DNA of 40,736 bases, taken from the NCBI GenBank assembly GCA_044345405.1, contig JBIJBE010000034.1, positions 1-40,736 on the forward strand, read 5' to 3'. The notes under the pieces were generated by a model, which was not told the DNA's origin, searched no databases, and saw nothing but the letters and a program-made list of their open reading frames with translations. Shown in pieces: positions 19,271 through 28,061 of the stretch. Origin of the DNA: Bdellovibrionota bacterium. GTDB taxonomy: Bacteria; Bdellovibrionota_C; UBA2361; OMII01. The translations under genes and the position numbers were made by a program. Positions within the stretch are counted from its first letter, which is position 1; each line of letters opens with the position of its first letter.

Positions 19271-20160
19271 CGGGCTGTCCTTCGAGTTCGTTCTCGCATC
19301 AATCGAACTAACGGGCGGATCACGCTATCGGAGATAACGATATGGTCCGCCCGACACGATCGAGCCGTGTCGCGTATCCGTAATCGTTGCGCCTCCAGCG
19401 CCTCGTTCCACTTCTGTCGAACCATCTGGCTTGAGGTGTCAACGACCACCTGCTCACCCGTCTCCGCGTCCGTAAATGTAACGAGTCCGAGCGCCTCTCC
19501 CTCCTTGAGCGGGGATTCGATCTGCACGAGCACCACATCGTGGATCGTTGAGAGCGTTCGAAGCTCTGTCTCAAAGGAGGGACAAAGGAAGTCGGAGAGA
19601 ACGAAGATAATGCTCGGCTTGCGAAGGGTCAGGGATATCTCTTTCAGCGCCGCGGCGAGATCGGTGCCCTGATACGAGCCCTGCTCGTTCATGAGCGTGG
19701 CGAGGATCTGGTGGGTCCGCTTCGCTCCAGATTTTGGTTGGAGGTAGGTGAGGGGTTTATCGGCGAAGAGGGAGAGCCCGATCAGATCGTTACCTCGTTG
19801 CGTGAGCGCGCTGACCGTAGCCACAAACTCAAGGGCCTTCGTGTATCCGGAGTTCTGGTTGAGCGCCCGCATCGAGGCGCTCATATCAACAGCGACCAAC
19901 ACTCGAAGTTGTCGGTCCTCTTCGTACGATTTGACGAAGACCTTTCCCGTTCGAGCGGTCGCCTTCCAGTGGATGTGCTTCACATCATCCCCCGGTTGGT
20001 ACTCTCGAATATCGGTGAACACGAGCCCCGTTCCGCGAAACGCTGAGCGGTACTGTCCCATCAGGTCCCCGGTCACAAGCCGCCGAGATCGCAGCTGTAT
20101 CCTGCGGAGCTCCGCGGTTCTCGGCATGGTACGTGGGGAGGCTGGCGCGTCCATGGGCAA
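19267..20160 (-). CDS. DUF58 domain protein
   Basis: GQYRSAFRGTGLVFTDIREYQPGDDVKHIHWKATAR, VDMSASM, LSDF. Confidence 0.93.
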   Translation of the reverse strand: MPMDAPASPRTMPRTAELRRIQLRSRRLVTGDLMGQYRSAFRGTGLVFTDIREYQPGDDVKHIHWKATARTGKVFVKSYEEDRQLRVLVAVDMSASMRALNQNSGYTKALEFVATVSALTQRGNDLIGLSLFADKPLTYLQPKSGAKRTHQILATLMNEQGSYQGTDLAAALKEISLTLRKPSIIFVLSDFLCPSFETELRTLSTIHDVVLVQIESPLKEGEALGLVTFTDAETGEQVVVDTSSQMVRQKWNEALEAQRLRIRDTARSCRADHIVISDSVIRPLVRLMRERTRRTAR

Positions 20161-20178
20161 ACGTTACCGAGTGGTCCT

Positions 20179-21147
20179 TTACGGGATAGTTACACTGGAG
20201 AGAAGGGTTTTGATGATCTGATCGCTATCGATCCCTCGAGCCTCAGCTTCAAAGGTAACGAGGATGCGGTGGCGAAGAACGTCAGGAGCTATCTCCTTCA
20301 CATCATCCGGTGTCACGAACCGTTTGCCCTTGAGGAATGCAAGCGCTCGCGCGCACACTCGCAGCGCGATACTCGCGCGAGGGGAGCCTCCCCATTCAAT
20401 CATCCCCTTGAGGCCATAGGCGTCACCGTTTCGAGTCGCGTGGACGAGGGAGACGATGTAGCGGTCGATCTTCGGATCGATGTACACCTCATCGCACTGC
20501 GCGCGGAGGTTGCTGAGCTCGCTCAGCGGAAGGATCTTAGAGAGGGTCGTGTTGTTCGCGGCTTTGCTCGACGCGAGATCGATAATCGCGACCTCTTCAT
20601 CGAAGGTTGGATAGCCGACCTTAATCTTCATGAGAAATCGATCGACCTGCGCCTCTGGGAGGGCGTAGGTGCCCTCCTGCTCAAGTGGATTTTGGGTCGC
20701 GAGGACTAAGAAGGGGTGGGGGAGCTTGAAGGTCTCCTCTCCGATGGTGACCTCCCGTTCCTGCATCGCTTGGAGGAGCGCTGACTGTACCTTCGCTGGC
20801 GCGCGATTGATCTCGTCGGCGAGGAGGAGGTTCGTAAAGACCGGTCCCTTTCGAATAACGAAGTCTCCACTCTGGGGGCGGTATACTTCAGTTCCGACTA
20901 CATCCGATGGGAGGATGTCGGGGGTGAATTGGATACGGGTCATCTTGGCGTCGAGCACCTTGGTGAGCGCCATCAGGGTACGGGTCTTGGCGAGGCCCGG
21001 AACTCCCTCAAGGAGGACGTGGCCATCGGCGAGAAGGGCGATAAGGAGTCTATCGAGGAGTTTGTCCTGACCGATGATCTCTCGGTGGAGCTCCCCCTTA
21101 ATTCGGTGGAATAGCTCGCTAAAGGATGTTTCGTTGTGCGTATCCAT
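20179..21147 (-). CDS. moxR: MoxR-family AAA+ ATPase
   Basis: HVLLEGVPGLAKT, RIQFTPD, LADEINRAPAKVQSALL, ATQNPLEQEGTY, GSPRASI. Confidence 0.96.
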   Translation of the reverse strand: MDTHNETSFSELFHRIKGELHREIIGQDKLLDRLLIALLADGHVLLEGVPGLAKTRTLMALTKVLDAKMTRIQFTPDILPSDVVGTEVYRPQSGDFVIRKGPVFTNLLLADEINRAPAKVQSALLQAMQEREVTIGEETFKLPHPFLVLATQNPLEQEGTYALPEAQVDRFLMKIKVGYPTFDEEVAIIDLASSKAANNTTLSKILPLSELSNLRAQCDEVYIDPKIDRYIVSLVHATRNGDAYGLKGMIEWGGSPRASIALRVCARALAFLKGKRFVTPDDVKEIAPDVLRHRILVTFEAEARGIDSDQIIKTLLSSVTIP

Positions 21148-21413
21148 GGTTGGGCCTTGCTCTGTTAACGGTGAGTTGCCGGTATCACTTATTCCGTTGT
21201 CGTAAGGAACGAGTCGTCCTATTCTCTATTCACTGAGCGGCGCATCCTGGTAAACCCCGGGACCGCTTCGTGAACGGTGTGACAAAGATAGTTGTACTCG
21301 TTTCAAGACCGAACCAAAAGGTAGAAGTATCAACGGCTTCAATTTGGTGCCCGGTCAGGTTGGGTGCTGGTCCCTATACCTAGAGCTACGGCATTTCTTT
21401 CGAAGGAGGTTAC

Positions 21414-21839
21414 ATGGCAATTAAGATCAACGAACCGATCGGACGGAACGTGTGGGCTCCATTTTTGATCCGTCTCGCCCTTGGTGGGTATTTCGTCATG
21501 GCTGGGCTCGGCAAGCTTGAAGTGCTCGCCGCATTCATCGAACAGGTGAAGGGCTTCGGCATCCTGCCGTCAAACGTGGCGGCGCTCTACGCGACCCTCT
21601 TGCCGTACGGTGAGGTAGCGTTAGGGGGACTTATGATTGCGGGGTTGTGGACGACCCTGACCGGAATCATCTCAGGCCTCTTGCTCATCTCGTTCGTGTT
21701 CGCCTTCGGTTTCTTTCCCGGTGGTCACGACATCTTTAACAAGGACCTTATTCTGTGCGCGGCGGCGTGCTCGCTCCTCTTTAGCGGTCCAGGGGTATAC
21801 GCCCTCGACAATATCCGTCGGGTCGCTCCGGCTACGTAA
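21414..21839 (+). CDS. DoxX/MauE-family membrane protein
   Basis: RLALGGYFVMAGLGK, LPYGEVALG, GPGVYALD; AGGAGG SD. Confidence 0.85.
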   Translation: MAIKINEPIGRNVWAPFLIRLALGGYFVMAGLGKLEVLAAFIEQVKGFGILPSNVAALYATLLPYGEVALGGLMIAGLWTTLTGIISGLLLISFVFAFGFFPGGHDIFNKDLILCAAACSLLFSGPGVYALDNIRRVAPAT

Positions 21840-21853
21840 CTGAGGGAGTTGTC

Positions 21854-22378
21854 ATGACCGGGAACATCGTACCGTGGCGTTGGAAGAAGAAGACAGTTCC
21901 TGTTGGAGGACAGCAGGACGCGGTCTCCAATTTGCAACGTCAGGTGAACCGTCTCTTTAATGAGGTTGTGTCCGGTTCTTCGATACTCCCCGATTTCATG
22001 TCCGAGCCGCTTGCGCAACTTGGAGAGCGACTTACAACCTACGCCCCAAACGTGAACGTGAGAAAAACCGAGGCGGCGGTGATCGTCGCGGTGGAGCTTC
22101 CAGGGATGGATGAGCGGGATGTCGAGATATCGCTTACGACCGATGGTCTCGCGATTCGAGGTGAGCGAAAGCCAGACGCTGACGCGTTGGAAGAGGGGGA
22201 GTGGAATTATTCGGAATCGGCATACGGCCCCTTTGAGCGGATCGTTCCGCTTGCTGGGCTTCGAATTCAGGAAGATCGAGTCGACGCCACCGCCTCAAAG
22301 GGGATCGTGACGATCACCTTGCCGTTACAGGGCGAGGAGGAGACCCCGGTTAAGAAGGTGCAGATTCGGCCGTCGTAG
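21854..22378 (+). CDS. small heat-shock protein (Hsp20)
   Basis: LQRQVNRLF, ELPGMDERDVEI, IRGERK, YGPFERIVPL, GIVTITLP. Confidence 0.92.
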   Translation: MTGNIVPWRWKKKTVPVGGQQDAVSNLQRQVNRLFNEVVSGSSILPDFMSEPLAQLGERLTTYAPNVNVRKTEAAVIVAVELPGMDERDVEISLTTDGLAIRGERKPDADALEEGEWNYSESAYGPFERIVPLAGLRIQEDRVDATASKGIVTITLPLQGEEETPVKKVQIRPS

Positions 22379-22415
22379 GGTCGGTATAGGTCTCTGAGTA
22401 CAAAACGGTGAGCTG

Positions 22416-23369
22416 TCAGACTCCAGCCGCTAATCTTAAAAAGCGCCGTCTCATGGCAGCATGATATTCTTTTAGATCTGCGTGAAGCGTGGCTTTCAGC
22501 GCATCCTCAAATTCAAACATATCTTGCATGTCTCGGCCATAAACGACCAGTCGATAGTCCCAGCTTCCGCAGCTCACTAAAAGCGATGAGACATGGCGCT
22601 GAGCCTGGCAAAAGGAGAGGACTCGCTGGTGAGCGACTTTCGATCGTGAAGCGAGTTTAAGGAAAATACATCCCTTCGGGACTGGATTGAAACTCTCGAT
22701 GAGCAGGTAGAGATCTTCGGATATGACGCCAGCGTTTCGTAGCTTCGTTAGCCTATGTTGAAGGGTAGATTCGGGAGTTCCCATGCGTCGAGACAGAGCC
22801 GCGGCTGAGGTGTCTTCTACTTCGCGGTAGGTTCTTAAGATTCGAGTGTCTAGTTCGTCGGCTTCAAATGAATTAGTTCTTTTAAAGATTAGAGGTTTGG
22901 AAGCAGCTGGCTGAGGCAGGAAAATTCTGAAGCCCCAGTCGTACATGTCCTCTTCGTACGCCATCATGTAATCCAGAAGGCTCTCACCGGTCTTCTCCGC
23001 TAATTCGGTCATGAAATCAATGACGTCGGCAGGGCTTTTTACCACTAAAGCCATTTCGAATTCCCGGATCCCACTGTTTTGGGTGAGCCACGAGACACAT
23101 CGTTGGCTCTGTAAAAACCGGAGGACGGAGGGTTGGTGTTGAGGAGAGAGGTTGAACAGAACTGTGCAGATAGTATATCCCAGTTTCCTTTGGTCCATTA
23201 GCACAGTTCGACGTAGACTGCCGCTCTTGAGTAGCTGATTGAGGTGGTACCTGACGATGTGAGGCCGAACCTTTATCTCTTTGGCAAGCGCCTCGGCGCT
23301 GATATTTCCTCGCATGGAGATCTCCCCGAGGATTCGCTTCTGAATATCCGCTGTGTTGTTCATTGCCAC
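22416..23369 (-). CDS. tandem-domain Lrp/AsnC-family transcriptional regulator
   Basis: Two wHTH+RAM units: KRILGEI...ALAKEIK and DELDTRIL...LSRRMGTPESTLQHRLTKLRNAGVI...GSWDY. Confidence 0.82.
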   Translation of the reverse strand: MAMNNTADIQKRILGEISMRGNISAEALAKEIKVRPHIVRYHLNQLLKSGSLRRTVLMDQRKLGYTICTVLFNLSPQHQPSVLRFLQSQRCVSWLTQNSGIREFEMALVVKSPADVIDFMTELAEKTGESLLDYMMAYEEDMYDWGFRIFLPQPAASKPLIFKRTNSFEADELDTRILRTYREVEDTSAAALSRRMGTPESTLQHRLTKLRNAGVISEDLYLLIESFNPVPKGCIFLKLASRSKVAHQRVLSFCQAQRHVSSLLVSCGSWDYRLVVYGRDMQDMFEFEDALKATLHADLKEYHAAMRRRFLRLAAGV

Positions 23370-23500
23370 TTGTATAGTCGCATGTTCCGGAGTTTCGCCA
23401 GTCCTCTCTTAGATTGAGGTTGTTCAGCCTTGCTTTCAAGAGGTTTGTAGCTGGGAGCCAAGCTAGCTCCGAAGCGCCACAGACACCTTCTTCTTCATGC

Positions 23501-24781
23501 CTAACAACTGGCTATGAAGGTTTTGAAAATCTCGGATACCCTCAAGACACTTAACGGGTCTACCCACTCGTGCGGCGTGTGGCTACCAGCTCCTGTCGGA
23601 CCTATGGTGAGCGTCGGAATCCCAAGAACCGCCACACGATTCTCATCTGCGACAGAGCGGCCAATCGAAAAAGAGGAGCTTCGTGTTTGCGACTTAATAG
23701 CCTTAAGGAGAAGATCGATCTCCGATCCCTCAAGGGGCGTTATGTAAGGCAAGCAGGCAGGGGTCGGTCGGTCCTTCGTCGACACGGTGATGCGAGCGCG
23801 CGAGTCAACTTCGCCGGAGCTCTGCAGAGCGGTGACCACAGCTGTAAGCCTCGTCAGTTCTGCCTCGGGGCTCTCGTCCGGGAGAAAAGTGCGATCCAAT
23901 ACAAAGGAAGCCGTATCAGGAATGCTTAAGGTCGGCGATCCTCCCAGGTGGCAACTAATGAAAGCGGAGTTGAAACTTACAGCGCCGTGCTGCTCAAACT
24001 TGCGTTTTTGAGCAGCACAGTCCTGTATCAGCGCTCCTTGTAGTTTAACTGACTCATGCACCGCATTAACCGCCGTCGCAGAAACGAACGCATCCGCCCC
24101 ATGACAAGCTCTTCCGGTAATTTTGAAGTCATATTCGACACGGCCAGTCCGGCCGAGCCCAATAGATTGATGGTCCTTTGGTTCGTGAGGCGCTTCTTCT
24201 CCATCTCCTATCTCTGGAGCGATCGCTAAGACCACGTCTTTCATGAAATCGGATTCGCAGAGCACATGAGCCCCAAAGGAATAGAACTCTTCATCGACCA
24301 CGAAGGCCACTTTTATTGCGTATTGATTTGGGGAGACAGACGATATTGCATCTACAATAGCTGCAAGTCCGCCTTTCATGTCGTTAGCGCCTAATCCGTA
24401 CCAGCGCTCTCTCCCGTCCTCGGTCTTTTTGGTTATCGAAAATGGATCTGATTGCCAGTTCTGCTTTACCTCTACGGTGTCAGTGTGGCCAAAGAACAAA
24501 ATTGATTTTCCGTTCCACGAGCCCGAGGGATAACGGACACCGAGAACGTTCCATCGCGCAGGGGCCTCTACAGGGCCCGTAGGAGTCATGACCGTCGTCT
24601 TCGGATGCAAGAGTTGCCTGGACACCTCAAAGCCCGCCTTTCTCAGGAGGTCCTCTATGAAGTTATTCACCTGCTCCTCCGCACCCATTCCGATGTAGCC
24701 ACCGTTCGCACCAGCGAAGTACTTGAATGGGTTGACCGAGGGGATTGAGACCAAAGTTTCGAGTAGATGTAGCGCGTTCAC
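23501..24781 (-). CDS. M20 family metallo-hydrolase (ArgE/DapE-like)
   Basis: LVSIPSVN, GHTDTV, GLGANDMKGG, DEE, GRACHG, GAGSHTPHEWV. Confidence 0.9.
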   Translation of the reverse strand: MNALHLLETLVSIPSVNPFKYFAGANGGYIGMGAEEQVNNFIEDLLRKAGFEVSRQLLHPKTTVMTPTGPVEAPARWNVLGVRYPSGSWNGKSILFFGHTDTVEVKQNWQSDPFSITKKTEDGRERWYGLGANDMKGGLAAIVDAISSVSPNQYAIKVAFVVDEEFYSFGAHVLCESDFMKDVVLAIAPEIGDGEEAPHEPKDHQSIGLGRTGRVEYDFKITGRACHGADAFVSATAVNAVHESVKLQGALIQDCAAQKRKFEQHGAVSFNSAFISCHLGGSPTLSIPDTASFVLDRTFLPDESPEAELTRLTAVVTALQSSGEVDSRARITVSTKDRPTPACLPYITPLEGSEIDLLLKAIKSQTRSSSFSIGRSVADENRVAVLGIPTLTIGPTGAGSHTPHEWVDPLSVLRVSEIFKTFIASC

Positions 24782-24901
24782 ACATCGTCCTTGTAATCGG
24801 AGCTGGCGAACCTATATTGGGCGCGTCGAGAACTCGTACCGGCCCGGTACGCCAACGAATGTAGCTGAGATATCGCCTACGTGAATGTCACGCCACCAGT
24901 T

Positions 24902-25615
24902 TTACGTCAACAGCGCGCTTTTCAGAATTAAATTCGGGTCAGGACACAACGTCAAGTAGAGCTCCCGTTGTGATTCCGCCGCCACTCCCGGGTAGTCTCC
25001 GACCTTGCCCAGCATATCGACCATGATTTGAAAGTGCAGGTGAGGGGGCCAATCTCCATTTATGGGCGGCGCCCCGAGCGTTCCGATTCGCTCTCCCTTT
25101 GCGATGACGGCGCCGGGCGTTTTTCCTGGTAAGGATTCTCGAGAGAGGTGTCCGTACAGGGTGTAAAAAGTCACTCCATCCAGTGTGTGAGTTAAGATGA
25201 TGGTTGGTCCGTAGTCTCCGAAGAGGGCGTTGTCTTGCGCGCTGTGAACAACCGCGTCGTACGCCGCGTAGACCGGCTCGCCCGCAGGGGCCCATATGTC
25301 CACGCCGAGATGGATCGAACGTACCTCTTCGCCGTTGGAGAACTGCTCGCCGCGGGCATACCAGCCTCGCTTCTCGTCGTATCCGCCAATACCGTGGGTG
25401 GCACCTGATTCGCGAAGGACCGCTTCGAGGAGAGCGCTGATGTCTTTGTTGTCTTTGCAGTCGGTGGATGCGACGAGCGGATTGCTAAGGGAGAGATCGA
25501 GTTTAGCTGTCGTGGGCGATCGAAGCGCGACATCCATTACCTTCCCGGGCGCGCTGCGGCGGATAGCCGCGACTACCTGCTCATGCAGGGTATGGAATGC
25601 GGAGAGTGAGTTCAT
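24902..25615 (-). CDS. M23 family peptidase
   Basis: HLGVD, YGHL and PHLHFQ zinc motifs; GDYGPTIIL. Start MNSLS at 25615 gives an ATGA overlap with the GNAT gene. Confidence 0.9.
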   Translation of the reverse strand: MNSLSAFHTLHEQVVAAIRRSAPGKVMDVALRSPTTAKLDLSLSNPLVASTDCKDNKDISALLEAVLRESGATHGIGGYDEKRGWYARGEQFSNGEEVRSIHLGVDIWAPAGEPVYAAYDAVVHSAQDNALFGDYGPTIILTHTLDGVTFYTLYGHLSRESLPGKTPGAVIAKGERIGTLGAPPINGDWPPHLHFQIMVDMLGKVGDYPGVAAESQRELYLTLCPDPNLILKSALLT

Positions 25616-26403
25616 ATATCCAGCTCCAAGAAAAAGGTCGTATGCTTCCGCGAGAAACCTTGTCGTTCCCAAAAGCGCTCCGCCGAATCGTTTCCGGGCG
25701 TTGTCATCAGGTGGACGACCCGAGCGCCCCCTTCGTAGAGCGCCGAGAGGGAACTATCGCTCAAAGCTCTTCCTAATCGGTGGTTCCGATGCTCTGGCGC
25801 CACCCAGGTATGGGATATGGTGCCACGCTCTCCATGCGAACCTCCAACGGAGATTCCCACGATAGAGCCCTCGTGTTCAATAACTTTAAAGAACCGGTCT
25901 GAGCGAGCAAGCTCTCGGCCGATGAGGAGCTTCTCCCAGCCGTGAAATGCGAGCTCTGGGACATGGGTCAACTCGTTGCTGATCTTGAGAAGGTCTTCCA
26001 GCGTGCCATCTCTGAGCGTAAATGACTCCGGCAGGGAACGGGTGGCGGTAGGAGGGCATGCGACCTCTCTTTGAAAGAGGGTTTCACCGGGACATGGGCC
26101 GAATCCAACGTCGCGTGCCGCCATCTCCAGCGTGTCTCCCGGGTCAAGGATCGTGTGCACCCGTCTGACCCCTTGCTCGCGCAGTGACTGGAGCGCCTCT
26201 CGCAATGCTTGAACGCGATCCTCATGATGCGCGCCGCGAACATCTAAGATGAAGCCTCTTACTCCGAGAGATCCGGCCGCCGCAAATCCCGCTCGTGTCG
26301 TAAGGCGAAGGAACGAATCGTCGACGTGCGCTATCGGAGAGGCACCGCTTCTCTGAAATGTTTCTTGGGCTTTTTCTTTCGGTGTGGTTTCTAGTGATGA
26401 CAT
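25612..26403 (-). CDS. GNAT-family acetyltransferase (tandem domain)
   Basis: WVAPEHRNHRLGRAL acetyl-CoA motif and NDSAERFWERQGF; degenerate N-terminal GNAT copy. Confidence 0.85.
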   Translation of the reverse strand: MSSLETTPKEKAQETFQRSGASPIAHVDDSFLRLTTRAGFAAAGSLGVRGFILDVRGAHHEDRVQALREALQSLREQGVRRVHTILDPGDTLEMAARDVGFGPCPGETLFQREVACPPTATRSLPESFTLRDGTLEDLLKISNELTHVPELAFHGWEKLLIGRELARSDRFFKVIEHEGSIVGISVGGSHGERGTISHTWVAPEHRNHRLGRALSDSSLSALYEGGARVVHLMTTPGNDSAERFWERQGFSRKHTTFFLELDI

Positions 26404-26828
26404 AAAAATAAAAGTACGTGCCGATGCGGGTAACGGAAGAACCGGATGCTACGGGGGCATCCGCGGTTAAGGTTTTATACCGGGAGAGGGAAGTGGGCGT
26501 GTGGCCGACCACGCTTGGGATGCATGCGGTCGTACCCCGAATACGTTCTCGAGGTGGAGTGCGAGCAATTGATTTAAAAGGTGATGAGGGATAGCCATAT
26601 AATAAACAACTGTTAGGCTGTCTATTGTGCCTATTTCCAAATTCTAGCGCACCCCTTCCCGTTGCCTTTTTCACCCTTACTACAAAATGTAACAAGTCAT
26701 ACATTTCCAGGAGAGGTGGTACCAATCGTTCTCGCCCGGTTAAAGATCGGATGTGTTTTAAACGGCGTCATCCCTATTGTGGGTAATCGCTCCTGGACTA
26801 ACTGCCGCCGCGTGTCTACGATAGTCTG

Positions 26829-27821
26829 ATGTTGCGCAATAAGGGACTGAACGAAAAAGAGTTGGCAACCCTGGCGGCCCTCGGTGCGGTGGGAGTGACG
26901 TCGGTCACCGCCCTTGCTGACGCGGCGAGCCTTAAAATGCCAACCGTTCGATATGCTCTGCAAAGCCTCTTGGAGCGCCGTCTCATCTCTCCTTTCTGCT
27001 CGATAGATCCAGCTGCGGTCGGATTTCGTTCCTATATAGTATATATTTCTCTCTCCCCAGGGGCGTCTTCGAGCGTTGAGAGCGCTCTACAGGCTCTTGC
27101 CTCTCACCAAAATGTCTCTTGGGTGGGAGAGCTCTCGGGTGCCTTCCAATATGGGTGTACGATATGTGCGAGGGACACGTTTCACTTTATGTCGCTTCTT
27201 GAGCGGATAGCCGTAGACATGGGCGTGCGGTGGGAGCGAAAGAGCGTGACGGAGCGCACTCACCTCACGTTCTGGCCGTTAAAATTTTTCAGCGAAAATC
27301 CGGAGACAAGTCTCTCAATCTCCCATTCTTCGCATCCTGTTCGGCATGAGATCGATTTGCTCGATCACACTGTACTGAAACTTAAGAGTGAGGACCCGAC
27401 CCTTTCAAATAGTGAGATAGCTCGATTGTCGAAGAGTCCTGTCTCGACAATAGTTCACCGCGTTGAGCAGCTGTCGAAGAAAAAAATACTCCTAGGCAGC
27501 TGGTACGCGCCGAATTGGAACAATTTAGGCATAGGGCACTCTGAGGTGTCCCTTGTGTTGCGCGATGTTTCGTCCTCTTTGATCGAGGAGCTTGTTAGGC
27601 TTGGGGGCCGAACCAGAAGTTGCCACTATGTGGTGGCTGGTGCGGGAAGTTGGGATTTTCAGTTCAATATCCTCTCCTCGCATCCGACTGAGCTGCAGAG
27701 ATTTACCCGAGAACTATGGGAGACCTTCGGTAGCAGGATTGAGACGATCAACGTCAGCGCATATACGCGACTTCTCAAATACTCTACCTATCCGTTTCAG
27801 AAGCTTCATGGGGCGCCCTGA
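26829..27821 (+). CDS. tandem-domain Lrp/AsnC-family transcriptional regulator
   Basis: Two wHTH+RAM units: LADAASLKMPTVRYALQSL and IDLLDHTVL...SNSEIARLSKSPVSTIVHRV...GSWDF. Confidence 0.82.
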   Translation: MLRNKGLNEKELATLAALGAVGVTSVTALADAASLKMPTVRYALQSLLERRLISPFCSIDPAAVGFRSYIVYISLSPGASSSVESALQALASHQNVSWVGELSGAFQYGCTICARDTFHFMSLLERIAVDMGVRWERKSVTERTHLTFWPLKFFSENPETSLSISHSSHPVRHEIDLLDHTVLKLKSEDPTLSNSEIARLSKSPVSTIVHRVEQLSKKKILLGSWYAPNWNNLGIGHSEVSLVLRDVSSSLIEELVRLGGRTRSCHYVVAGAGSWDFQFNILSSHPTELQRFTRELWETFGSRIETINVSAYTRLLKYSTYPFQKLHGAP

Positions 27822-28061
27822 GAGCTGGCCAGGAACTAACCTCGGTCTTTTTAATCGTATACGACAAAGGTGGCGAGCGAGCTACATCCAAAAGCCCGGA
27901 GAGCTGGGGCAGCCATGACGTTCGCCCAGGTTCCCTCAGGCCTACGAGAATCCCACATTTTCCGGCGATAGCCCGAACCGGTTGTCGGTTTATGTCACAA
28001 TGTGTTCGAGAGAGCTCATATTAAATAAAGGTCGTTTTTTGGTTTTCGCGTAGTCGTTTTC

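Noticed and set aside
25616-25672. Longer M23 start at 25672
   Set aside because: It overlaps the GNAT 3' end; ATG 25615 gives a typical 4-nt overlap.
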